Source: Blastocladiella emersonii ATCC 22665 (Eukaryota; Fungi; Blastocladiomycota). Taken from it: a DNA stretch of 64,000 nucleotides. The stretch is taken from assembly GCA_025594325.1 (NCBI GenBank), contig JANHCV010000008.1:1674001-1738000 (forward strand), given 5' to 3'. Positions within the stretch are counted from its first letter, which is position 1. Each line of letters opens with the position of its first letter. A program made the position numbers and the translations under genes. Under the pieces are notes generated by a model. It was not told the DNA's origin and searched no databases. It worked only from the letters and a program-made list of their open reading frames with translations. This document shows, in pieces, positions 46,266 to 57,223 of this stretch.

Positions 46266-46363
46266 CGGATAGCCATCGCGCGTCTTTCCTTACATTATAC
46301 TCCAGCACAGACACTTTTCTAAACCGCGACACAACCGCCGGTGAACTCGAACCAGCTGCGACC

Positions 46364-46535
46364 CGCGCCGTCGTCGATTGGCGTGACCGAGGACGGCGCG
46401 ACTCTGCGCAAGTCGTACCTGTCGGGTCTCTTCATCGCGGTGGCCGCCTTCTCGGCGGTCCGCTTCGTGGGCTCGTGCGGCTACCTCGTCTCGCGCGGCC
46501 TGTGCTCGCCGTTCAAGTCGCGCGGCAACGCCTAA
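46364..46535 (+). pseudogene. Duplicated last 56 codons of the chitin synthase gene
   Basis: [19 protein letters not shown]...KSRGNA*, identical to 57224-57395. Confidence 0.95.
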
Positions 46536-48140
46536 GTCCGTCCGTCCGGCCGGCCTGGCCTGAGTGCCGCTACTACGGCTACACGTCATCCCCACCCAGC
46601 ATCTCCTCTCGTCTTCCTCTACTCGCTTAGACGCGGCCGGCGATTCTTCCACGGACTCGCGGTCGCTCCCTTACTCCTCCTTTCTCCTCACCTTTGCTGT
46701 TGTTCTTTCTCCCTCATGTTCGCTCTTACACTCGACCACGTCGTCGCTTGTCGTCGTCAGGACACGCCCAGCCCCTTCCGCATTGTCTGAACGCATCATC
46801 GATCGACTGTGAATAAACATGACCATTTTTGCTTGCCCTTCCATCTTTGGTCGGTCAGTGCTTACTTGAGTGTGCGTGCCGTTGGCGACCTGGTTAGCGA
46901 GGCTTGCTCGCCGCCTCGACAAGGTGCGCGTGCTGAAGCTCCACTCCGAAGTTGGAGCACGCACAACTCGGGGCCCGAGAGGACTTGCTACGGGTCGCCG
47001 CAAGGCGACGACTGCCGGACGACTTGTCGCGATGCTGGCCCGGTCGCCACGGACGTCACAGAAACTGGATCAGCGGCCTGACCAGATATCTTCTGCCGGG
47101 TGTAAATGCAGGACGCGGTAGAACATAATCAGTAGCAGACGCTTCGACTTTGAGGTCAGTATAGTACTTCGCTCAGTTGATGGCCACGGACGCGTCGCAA
47201 AATGGCGTGACTGTCTCGCCGCGTTACACTTGGATTCTGATCCACGACGTCATTGCAAGTTTGAAAACGGGACGGTCGATGCGTGAGGCAGCAGCTCACG
47301 ACATTTCGCGGCGAGCCCGGCTTCAACGAGAGCAAACCAGCGCTCGAATCGATGGACGCGCTGCGAGGCGGGCCCTGACGATCACGCGCCGAGGCGACCG
47401 ACCTCCTCGCCGGTCCAATCAGCTAGGTTCTTCCCAGTGCGAATGCAGACTGCGGTAGCTCATGCTTAGCGGCTGCAGGTCCAGCTTTGAAGTTGAAGAG
47501 CGAAAGTAGATGGCTGACCGACCCGTTGCAGCGATGGACGTGTCGCGGTATGCCAAGGCTGTCTGTCACGTATTTCGCGCACGCTGTCCGTCGCCAAGGT
47601 ACGGTTACAGGTCGTGGGAATAGTTTTACACTTAGCAGAAGCCAGTCCAACCTTTGAGAAGAACATACGACAACTTTAGGCGATCCAAGGACGCGTCGCA
47701 ATTTGGGGGTGATTGTCGCGCATTGCTCTCGATTCCCAATCATAGCACGGTCATCACCAGTGTGTCAAGGCGGAACGCGGTGACCCACGATCAGCATCAG
47801 CAACTCTGACTTTGAACAGAGCAACTAGGCGTTCACTCGGGGCCAAGGACGCGGGCCGCGTCATCGATCAATGAACAACGCGTCGCGGATGGACGCGTCG
47901 CAAGCCGGATCAGACGAGCCATCACGAGTGAGCGACGTAAACGCGGGATCTTTGTCTCACATCCCGGAAAATAGCCAGCGAGTCGGATTGTCGAGAAGGT
48001 GCAGAGCGCTCTCAAGAAACGGGAAGCAGAGAAAACTATCAGCAAGACGACGTAGACTTGGGATAAGGGACTAATTGTATTGACACGTTCACTTCTATGC
48101 TTCGGACAGACAGACAAACACGAGCGGTCCCCGCGCCTGC

Positions 48141-48968
48141 TTAGACGTTGATCGTGGAGCACACGGTGTCGGCGTCGGTGCTGTGGTGGGCGGGGACGAC
48201 GACCGTGGACGAGGACGACACGTCGGCAGCGTCGGGGCCCTGCTGGAACGCGTCGTCGCGGCTGCACCAGGTGCCGTTCTGCCAGTAGCCGGTGGAGTCG
48301 CAGCCGCCGTGCGGGTAGTTGGCCGGGTACGTGTACCAGGCGCCGTCGTGGTAGTAGCCGTCCTGGTTGCAGTAGTTGCCGTTGTTGACGTCGTGCCAGC
48401 GGCCGTCGTGGTAGTAGCGGTCGTACGAGGACGAGTTGCCGCCGTGGTTCCAGGCGCCGTTGCCGTTGTTCCACTGGCCGTTGTTCCACTGGCCCTGGTT
48501 TCCGTGCCACTGGCCGTCGTTCCACTGGCCGTTGCCGTTGCCCCACTGGCCGTTGTTGTTCCACTGGCCCTGGTTGCCCTGGTGCCACTGGCCGTCGTTC
48601 CACTGGCCGTTGTTGTTGTTCCACTGGCCCTGGTGGTTGCCATTGCTCCACTGGCCGTTGCCGTTGTTCCACTGGCCGTTGTTCCAGTTGCTGCCGCCCT
48701 GGTGCCACTGACCAGCGTTGTCCCAGTAGCCGTTGTTGCCGTTCTGCCACTGGGCGCCGTTGTTGCCGTGCTGCCAGTTCTGGCCAGCGTGGTTGCCGTT
48801 GCTCCAGCTGCCGCCCTGGTGGTGGCCGTTCCAGTTGGTGCCCCAGCTGCCCGTGTTGCAGGTGACGCCGCCCGAGGCCGTGGTCGAGCTCGACTGCGTC
48901 GACGACTGGACAATGTTGTTGCCCGACGCGCTGTTGGACGAGATCTGGTTGGTCGAGATGATGGTCAT
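48141..48968 (-). CDS. Asn/Gly/Trp/Gln repeat protein, 275 aa (duplicate copy)
   Basis: Exact inverted copy of 54791-55618; codons almost all C/G-ending. Confidence 0.8.
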   Translation of the reverse strand: MTIISTNQISSNSASGNNIVQSSTQSSSTTASGGVTCNTGSWGTNWNGHHQGGSWSNGNHAGQNWQHGNNGAQWQNGNNGYWDNAGQWHQGGSNWNNGQWNNGNGQWSNGNHQGQWNNNNGQWNDGQWHQGNQGQWNNNGQWGNGNGQWNDGQWHGNQGQWNNGQWNNGNGAWNHGGNSSSYDRYYHDGRWHDVNNGNYCNQDGYYHDGAWYTYPANYPHGGCDSTGYWQNGTWCSRDDAFQQGPDAADVSSSSTVVVPAHHSTDADTVCSTINV

Positions 48969-49661
48969 GGTGTGCGAGTCGTCTAGATGTTGAGGGTGGG
49001 TGATGATCTAGCTCGATGCGTGGATGAGGGAAGCTTCCGCCGAGGGGAGAGCGGGGCAGTCCCGCGTATTTGTACTCGACTGATCCGGCCCTCGGCCCTG
49101 ACTGACAGCACCGCACCGTCATCTCTACGCGCTCGCCCGAGTCATCCGCACTCGTATCCGTGACAATCCCGCCCCGCCCGCCCCGACCGTTGCATCGCCT
49201 TCAAACTCGTCTCAGCGTGCGGGAAAGCGAGCCCGAAACCCGGGCGCCAAATACCGCGGATCAGTGTTTCAAGGTTCGCGCGCAGGCGCGGCGCAGCGCG
49301 CGCACCCAGCACTCTGACACGCGTGCGCCCAGAAATAGTCGCTCGGTATCGTTGCACATTTAGCTGTTGCATGAGCCCGAGGAGCGTGCTCTGACGCACG
49401 CTCGTGCTGGAAGGTTTCTGGCTGACGCAGTGCGGCTGCTTCTGCGACCTGCCAAGGCTTGACCTGGCGGCGGTGGCGTGGCTCAAGTCGCGTATCTGTC
49501 TCGCGTGTGGCGCAAAAGTCCATCAAATCACGTGAGCTCCGCGAGACACCCGCGACGCGTCGCGCCTCGCGTCGCGTTTCCGGACTTGTGCGTCCCTGGC
49601 TGCCAACTCCCAGTCACACATGCTTTGGCACTCTATGCAACGTACTTGACACCTTGCAACT

Positions 49662-50908
49662 ATGCTTGCGGAGCAGCCCGACGCGTCGCCGCCGTCCTTC
49701 GACGAGACGCGTCAACGCCGACCTGTCGCGGCGGGTGGGTCCGAATCGAGCGGGCTCGGGCATATCTCAAACCCATCAGCTGGTGACGATGAAGGGCTCC
49801 CCGCGCTCCCCAAGGTCGAGCCGGCCGTGGCCACGGTTGGGGAGGGCCTCGTCGATTCCATAACGAGGCTTCTCATGGCTCCCGACCAAGAACAAGGGGT
49901 ACGTCGCGGTTTACCGTAAACTAATAGTCTAGTGAGCTTTACTGACGTTTTACGCTCCTTCTCGCACAGGCGCTGCCAACCTCTGGATCGACGCCGCTCA
50001 ACGTCGCGCTCAAGTTCTTTGTCGGGCATACCAGAGCCGTCGAGGTACGATTAATCGGGACTATTGCCACGAAAATTGATTGACGTGTCCCCTCTGCTTC
50101 GCGTAGTCGATCGTCGACGAGTTTCTCGCCAAGGCGCCCTCCAAGTTCGCTAAACCCAGCTCACGGGCGCAGTATCTCGGTACGCACTGCACATCGTCCT
50201 GAGCCTTCCTTACACCTCCGTCGAAAGACTAACAACCTGCACGCCATACTGCTAGCCCTGCTTTCGCTCATGTGGTCCAGCATCCCGACTTCCGCTCTCA
50301 TCCCCGAGCTGGCCGCCGTCTCCAGCACGTACCCGACCGCTCTCCGCATCAGCAGCTTCCTCGCCTTCCTCTCGGATCATCATCGCTTGATTCAATCGGC
50401 TCTCGCGAGTATCTACGACGACAAGGCGTTCTACGAGAACACGTTGCTTGCGCCCATGCGCGACCGCGCCAAGTCGCTCTTGCCCTTCCGCGAGCGGCTC
50501 GCCCAGTACATTGCCAAAGGCAAGCTCGTCCACCAGTCGTCGAAACCCGCAACCAAGCTCAATCCTCCAAAGCTTACTCGGCCGAAAACTCCACGCGGCA
50601 TCGACCCCGAGCCCGTTCCAACCGTTCCTCCGCCGCGCGCTATCCCACCGTCTCACTATCTCAAACGGACCAAGGTTGCGGTCGAGCTCGACGAGGCCCG
50701 CCGGCAGCGCCGCCGCGCGCGTCGCCAAGCTCCCGAAGAGTTTAATGGCATCAATCTATTTATTCTATCATCCAGATCAATGCCTCCACTGCAGCAGCTT
50801 ACATTCAGGCTCTGTCGCGGCTTCTGTAAACGCTTCTTTCTCTTCAGTGCGCTTCTTGGACTGTCACATCTCGACTTCCATCGCGAAACGGGCGCCCAGC
50901 CTTTTTAA
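49662..50908 (+). pseudogene. 5'-half CFAP99 duplicate (exons 49662-49898, 49970-50044, 50107-50179, 50256-50908) with a foreign C-terminus
   Basis: Identical to the intact gene up to RRQAP, then reads into non-homologous spacer sequence (EEFNGINLF...GAQPF*). Confidence 0.85.
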
Positions 50909-51051
50909 GTCGTGCGACAGGTCGTGCGACCGGTCCCGCGGGCCGGACGCGAGGGGTCGTGCGACCGGTCGTACGACTCAAAAAGGCTATTGCACGACTA
51001 CCCGGGTTGGTCGTACGACCAGTCGCACGACCTTAGCGAGAGTCGCACGAC
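50898..51051. repeat. Short foldback/subterminal-repeat module with seven copies of GTCG(T/C)(G/A)CGAC
   Basis: 19/21 inverted repeat at 50898-50918 / 50968-50988. Motif copies at 50909, 50921, 50956, 50968, 51010, 51022 and 51042. Confidence 0.7.
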
Positions 51052-51364
51052 GGGTCCGGCTTGGTCGGGTCGATGAGCTTGACGATCGTGTTCCCGGCTA
51101 TGTGGGTGGCTATTCAGCGCGCCTGCATTAGTCAGTAAGTGGATCAGTCGGTCAGGCGCATTGCAGACGCCGCGCGGTGTCGTCGTGCGTCTGGACGCGG
51201 GCGGGTCGGCTAGACAGGCGCAATTTATTAGGGCTTGTCAACATCCACGACTATTCTGCTCGAGCCACGCAAGGTTTTGAGGTTTGCATCTGCACGAGGT
51301 TTGGGGTGCGCGACTCGAACGACGTGTATTATTATCAGGCACGGAAGAAGTCGTAATGTATCCG

Positions 51365-54097
51365 TTAATGTTGATGCAAGCCGAGGACGGCAGTGAGAAC
51401 CTCGGTGATCTTCTCGTCACCGAGTCTCGGGTGCGCGTCCTCAAGCGAGTCAATCGATGAACTTGCCTTCGGAAGTGCCGGTGTCGTCAGATCAGGGGCG
51501 CTCCGACACACGGACTTGCGGTCCTTGAGCAATGGAAGCATATCGGGGTTGAGCTTGCGCCACGTGTGACGAGAAAACCCGCCCTTCGGATCCAGGTTAG
51601 GAAGCGAGACCGAGACTGGCGGAGGCGGCGGGCAGTTGGGCGGTTTTGGGACGTGCTTGATCCGCACGCGGTACCGCCGTGGGGACGCCGAGTTCTCTTG
51701 GATCAGGCGCTCCTTTTCTACAAATTTGTTCCGTGTTCCGGTCAGCAATCAGGTCGGGCCCAGAAAGGGGAGACGTACCCTTGCGCCGCTCCAGCAACTT
51801 TTTCTCGATCTCAAGGAGCTTTGCTTTGGTTTGCTCGCTGGCCTGGAGACGAGACGAAACCTCCTTGAGAGTGTCCTGCAAGACCCTTGTGACCCCAGAG
51901 TCGCGCGACGTGGATCCATGAGACGCCCTGCCCGATGTCGCGGCCGAAAGAGAGAGACCGGATCGGGACGAGACTCCGGTGGCAGCATTGGACGCGAGCA
52001 ATCGTGCCCGTTGAACGTACTCGATCTTCTTTTGAATCGCCTCTGCCTTCTCGCGCTTCAAGTCAAGGATCTCAGCGCGACGTTGCTCTTCGGATTCCTG
52101 CATGGCTTGCTTGGCCGAGCGAAGACGCTCCTGGAGCTCGACAACGGACATTTCCGAGAGCAGGCCAACGTTTGACGACGAGGTAAGGTCGGAGTGACCT
52201 GAACGTCGAGCAATGCTGATGCCCACGAGTGCGGCGCTGGCGGCCTCGAGCGCACGAATCTGTTTGATCAGTTCACGCTTGGCCTCAAGCTCAGCCGCTG
52301 CAGCGGCGGCCGACTCCTCGCGCATGCGCTCGGCCTCCTCTGCTACTTCGCGAGCGGTGCGCTGGTTTTCGTTGATAACCCTGCATTTGGCCTCGGCAAC
52401 ACGGTCCTGGATTTCCTGGATCTGGAGGACGCGCTGTTTGTTCTCCTCGTCTTCCAGTTTCTGCTGGGCCTCGAGAGCAACAAACCGCTGCTCCATCTCC
52501 TCCTTGACCTCCTGCGCTGCGCACTGGCGATCACGTACGCTCGTCTCCTTGGCGATAGCGGCCTCCTCGTGAATAAGCTGCACCTGGAGCCGCTTCCGAA
52601 TCTGCTCAGCTAGCTCCGTTTCGGTACGGAGTGCACGGTCACGCTCCTCCTTTTGTTGAAGAGCAAGCGGATCAACAAGGGCGTTAAGCGTGTCTTTGAG
52701 AGTCTGCTGCTCCAGGGCCTCGCGCTTTTGGTAGAGCGCAGTCTCGCGAAGAATTGCCGTCGTGTTGAGCTTTGGCGGCTTGAGTCCAGACCCGGCTGCC
52801 GACGGCGCTGCGCTAGCCGGCCGACTAAGAGTGCCGCGGGCAACAACCAAGTGAGATGGCCCAGTCAAGGCAGGAGCAAAACACGATGGGATGTGGCCAG
52901 CAGGGTGAGGTGGTCGATCAGGTTTAGCGGAAGGTGGGTTGTCGCGGAGCTGGCGCAAAGCCTCCACCTTCTCGACCGTTTTATCGGACATGGGAGCCTT
53001 CTTCGCAAGGGCGAACGACTCGTCGGGAGCTTGGCGACGCGCGCGGCGGCGCTGCCGGCGGGCCTCGTCGAGCTCGACCGCAACCTTGGTCCGTTTGAGA
53101 TAGTGAGACGGTGGGATAGCGCGCGGCGGAGGAACGGTTGGAACGGGCTCGGGGTCGATGCCGCGTGGAGTTTTCGGCCGAGTAAGCTTTGGAGGATTGA
53201 GCTTGGTTGCGGGTTTCGACGACTGGTGGACGAGCTTGCCTTTGGCAATGTACTGGGCGAGCCGCTCGCGGAAGGGCAAGAGCGACTTGGCGCGGTCGCG
53301 CATGGGCGCAAGCAACGTGTTCTCGTAGAACGCCTTGTCGTCGTAGATACTCGCGAGAGCCGATTGAATCAAGCGATGATGATCCGAGAGGAAGGCGAGG
53401 AAGCTGCTGATGCGGAGAGCGGTCGGGTACGTGCTGGAGACGGCGGCCAGCTCGGGGATGAGAGCGGAAGTCGGGATGCTGGACCACATGAGCGAAAGCA
53501 GGGCTAGCAGTATGGCGTGCAGGTTGTTAGTCTTTCGACGGAGGTGTAAGGAAGGCTCAGGACGATGTGCAGTGCGTACCGAGATACTGCGCCCGTGAGC
53601 TGGGTTTAGCGAACTTGGAGGGCGCCTTGGCGAGAAACTCGTCGACGATCGACTACGCGAAGCAGAGGGGACACGTCAATCAATTTTCGTGGCAATAGTC
53701 CCGATTAATCGTACCTCGACGGCTCTGGTATGCCCGACAAAGAACTTGAGCGCGACGTTGAGCGGCGTCGATCCAGAGGTTGGCAGCGCCTGTGCGAGAA
53801 GGAGCGTAAAACGTCAGTAAAGCTCACTAGACTATTAGTTTACGGTAAACCGCGACGTACCCCTTGTTCTTGGTCGGGAGCCATGAGAAGCCTCGTTATG
53901 GAATCGACGAGGCCCTCCCCAACCGTGGCCACGGCCGGCTCGACCTTGGGGAGCGCGGGGAGCCCTTCATCGTCACCAGCTGATGGGTTTGAGATATGCC
54001 CGAGCCCGCTCGATTCGGACCCACCCGCCGCGACAGGTCGGCGTTGACGCGTCTCGTCGAAGGACGGCGGCGACGCGTCGGGCTGCTCCGCAAGCAT
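51365..54097 (-). CDS. CFAP99: Cilia- and flagella-associated protein 99-like, 820 aa; exons 54097-53861, 53789-53715, 53652-53580, 53503-51779, 51717-51365
   Basis: Four GTACG...AG introns keep the frame. Motifs KLNTTAILRETALYQK and GLLSEMSVVELQERL, plus a long coiled coil. AATAAA on the minus strand at 51224-51229. Confidence 0.85.
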
Positions 54098-54224
54098 AGT
54101 TGCAAGGTGTCAAGTACGTTGCATAGAGTGCCAAAGCATGTGTGACTGGGAGTTGGCAGCCAGGGACGCACAAGTCCGGAAACGCGACGCGAGGCGCGAC
54201 GCGTCGCGGGTGTCTCGCGGAGCT

Positions 54225-54230
54225 CACGTG
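54225..54230. promoter_or_regulatory. CACGTG box upstream of the CFAP99-like gene (mirror copy 49529-49534)
   Basis: 128 bp before ATG 54097; adjacent 14-bp palindrome CGCGACGCGTCGCG. Confidence 0.4.
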
Positions 54231-54790
54231 ATTTGATGGACTTTTGCGCCACACGCGAGACAGATACGCGACTTGAGCCACGCCACCGCCGCCAGGTCAA
54301 GCCTTGGCAGGTCGCAGAAGCAGCCGCACTGCGTCAGCCAGAAACCTTCCAGCACGAGCGTGCGTCAGAGCACGCTCCTCGGGCTCATGCAACAGCTAAA
54401 TGTGCAACGATACCGAGCGACTATTTCTGGGCGCACGCGTGTCAGAGTGCTGGGTGCGCGCGCTGCGCCGCGCCTGCGCGCGAACCTTGAAACACTGATC
54501 CGCGGTATTTGGCGCCCGGGTTTCGGGCTCGCTTTCCCGCACGCTGAGACGAGTTTGAAGGCGATGCAACGGTCGGGGCGGGCGGGGCGGGATTGTCACG
54601 GATACGAGTGCGGATGACTCGGGCGAGCGCGTAGAGATGACGGTGCGGTGCTGTCAGTCAGGGCCGAGGGCCGGATCAGTCGAGTACAAATACGCGGGAC
54701 TGCCCCGCTCTCCCCTCGGCGGAAGCTTCCCTCATCCACGCATCGAGCTAGATCATCACCCACCCTCAACATCTAGACGACTCGCACACC

Positions 54791-55618
54791 ATGACCATCA
54801 TCTCGACCAACCAGATCTCGTCCAACAGCGCGTCGGGCAACAACATTGTCCAGTCGTCGACGCAGTCGAGCTCGACCACGGCCTCGGGCGGCGTCACCTG
54901 CAACACGGGCAGCTGGGGCACCAACTGGAACGGCCACCACCAGGGCGGCAGCTGGAGCAACGGCAACCACGCTGGCCAGAACTGGCAGCACGGCAACAAC
55001 GGCGCCCAGTGGCAGAACGGCAACAACGGCTACTGGGACAACGCTGGTCAGTGGCACCAGGGCGGCAGCAACTGGAACAACGGCCAGTGGAACAACGGCA
55101 ACGGCCAGTGGAGCAATGGCAACCACCAGGGCCAGTGGAACAACAACAACGGCCAGTGGAACGACGGCCAGTGGCACCAGGGCAACCAGGGCCAGTGGAA
55201 CAACAACGGCCAGTGGGGCAACGGCAACGGCCAGTGGAACGACGGCCAGTGGCACGGAAACCAGGGCCAGTGGAACAACGGCCAGTGGAACAACGGCAAC
55301 GGCGCCTGGAACCACGGCGGCAACTCGTCCTCGTACGACCGCTACTACCACGACGGCCGCTGGCACGACGTCAACAACGGCAACTACTGCAACCAGGACG
55401 GCTACTACCACGACGGCGCCTGGTACACGTACCCGGCCAACTACCCGCACGGCGGCTGCGACTCCACCGGCTACTGGCAGAACGGCACCTGGTGCAGCCG
55501 CGACGACGCGTTCCAGCAGGGCCCCGACGCTGCCGACGTGTCGTCCTCGTCCACGGTCGTCGTCCCCGCCCACCACAGCACCGACGCCGACACCGTGTGC
55601 TCCACGATCAACGTCTAA
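54791..55618 (+). CDS. Asn/Gly/Trp/Gln repeat protein, 275 aa, function unknown
   Basis: 12 GQW motifs and 24 Trp; no evident signal peptide; strong codon bias favours this frame over the shadow frames. Confidence 0.8.
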   Translation: MTIISTNQISSNSASGNNIVQSSTQSSSTTASGGVTCNTGSWGTNWNGHHQGGSWSNGNHAGQNWQHGNNGAQWQNGNNGYWDNAGQWHQGGSNWNNGQWNNGNGQWSNGNHQGQWNNNNGQWNDGQWHQGNQGQWNNNGQWGNGNGQWNDGQWHGNQGQWNNGQWNNGNGAWNHGGNSSSYDRYYHDGRWHDVNNGNYCNQDGYYHDGAWYTYPANYPHGGCDSTGYWQNGTWCSRDDAFQQGPDAADVSSSSTVVVPAHHSTDADTVCSTINV

Positions 55619-57223
55619 GCAGGCGCGGGGACCGCTCGTGTTTGTCTGTCTGTCCGAAGCATAGAAGTGAACGTGTCAATACAATTAGTCCCTTATCCCA
55701 AGTCTACGTCGTCTTGCTGATAGTTTTCTCTGCTTCCCGTTTCTTGAGAGCGCTCTGCACCTTCTCGACAATCCGACTCGCTGGCTATTTTCCGGGATGT
55801 GAGACAAAGATCCCGCGTTTACGTCGCTCACTCGTGATGGCTCGTCTGATCCGGCTTGCGACGCGTCCATCCGCGACGCGTTGTTCATTGATCGATGACG
55901 CGGCCCGCGTCCTTGGCCCCGAGTGAACGCCTAGTTGCTCTGTTCAAAGTCAGAGTTGCTGATGCTGATCGTGGGTCACCGCGTTCCGCCTTGACACACT
56001 GGTGATGACCGTGCTATGATTGGGAATCGAGAGCAATGCGCGACAATCACCCCCAAATTGCGACGCGTCCTTGGATCGCCTAAAGTTGTCGTATGTTCTT
56101 CTCAAAGGTTGGACTGGCTTCTGCTAAGTGTAAAACTATTCCCACGACCTGTAACCGTACCTTGGCGACGGACAGCGTGCGCGAAATACGTGACAGACAG
56201 CCTTGGCATACCGCGACACGTCCATCGCTGCAACGGGTCGGTCAGCCATCTACTTTCGCTCTTCAACTTCAAAGCTGGACCTGCAGCCGCTAAGCATGAG
56301 CTACCGCAGTCTGCATTCGCACTGGGAAGAACCTAGCTGATTGGACCGGCGAGGAGGTCGGTCGCCTCGGCGCGTGATCGTCAGGGCCCGCCTCGCAGCG
56401 CGTCCATCGATTCGAGCGCTGGTTTGCTCTCGTTGAAGCCGGGCTCGCCGCGAAATGTCGTGAGCTGCTGCCTCACGCATCGACCGTCCCGTTTTCAAAC
56501 TTGCAATGACGTCGTGGATCAGAATCCAAGTGTAACGCGGCGAGACAGTCACGCCATTTTGCGACGCGTCCGTGGCCATCAACTGAGCGAAGTACTATAC
56601 TGACCTCAAAGTCGAAGCGTCTGCTACTGATTATGTTCTACCGCGTCCTGCATTTACACCCGGCAGAAGATATCTGGTCAGGCCGCTGATCCAGTTTCTG
56701 TGACGTCCGTGGCGACCGGGCCAGCATCGCGACAAGTCGTCCGGCAGTCGTCGCCTTGCGGCGACCCGTAGCAAGTCCTCTCGGGCCCCGAGTTGTGCGT
56801 GCTCCAACTTCGGAGTGGAGCTTCAGCACGCGCACCTTGTCGAGGCGGCGAGCAAGCCTCGCTAACCAGGTCGCCAACGGCACGCACACTCAAGTAAGCA
56901 CTGACCGACCAAAGATGGAAGGGCAAGCAAAAATGGTCATGTTTATTCACAGTCGATCGATGATGCGTTCAGACAATGCGGAAGGGGCTGGGCGTGTCCT
57001 GACGACGACAAGCGACGACGTGGTCGAGTGTAAGAGCGAACATGAGGGAGAAAGAACAACAGCAAAGGTGAGGGGAAAGGAGGAGTAAGGGAGCGACCGC
57101 GAGTCCGTGGAAGAATCGCCGGCCGCGTCTAAGCGAGTAGAGGAAGACGAGAGGAGATGCTGGGTGGGGATGACGTGTAGCCGTAGTAGCGGCACTCAGG
57201 CCAGGCCGGCCGGACGGACGGAC

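Larger units (their letters stand above)
46364..50736. repeat. Left arm of a 4373-bp inverted duplication (position x pairs with 103759-x)
   Basis: Mirror ORFs have identical translations. One mismatch noticed (46685 vs 57074); not checked base by base. Confidence 0.97.

Noticed and set aside
54637-55926. 429-aa and 272-aa alternative-frame ORFs over the repeat gene (and mirrors at 47833-49122)
   Set aside because: Frame-shifted readings of the same repeats; only the 54791 frame has host-like codon usage.
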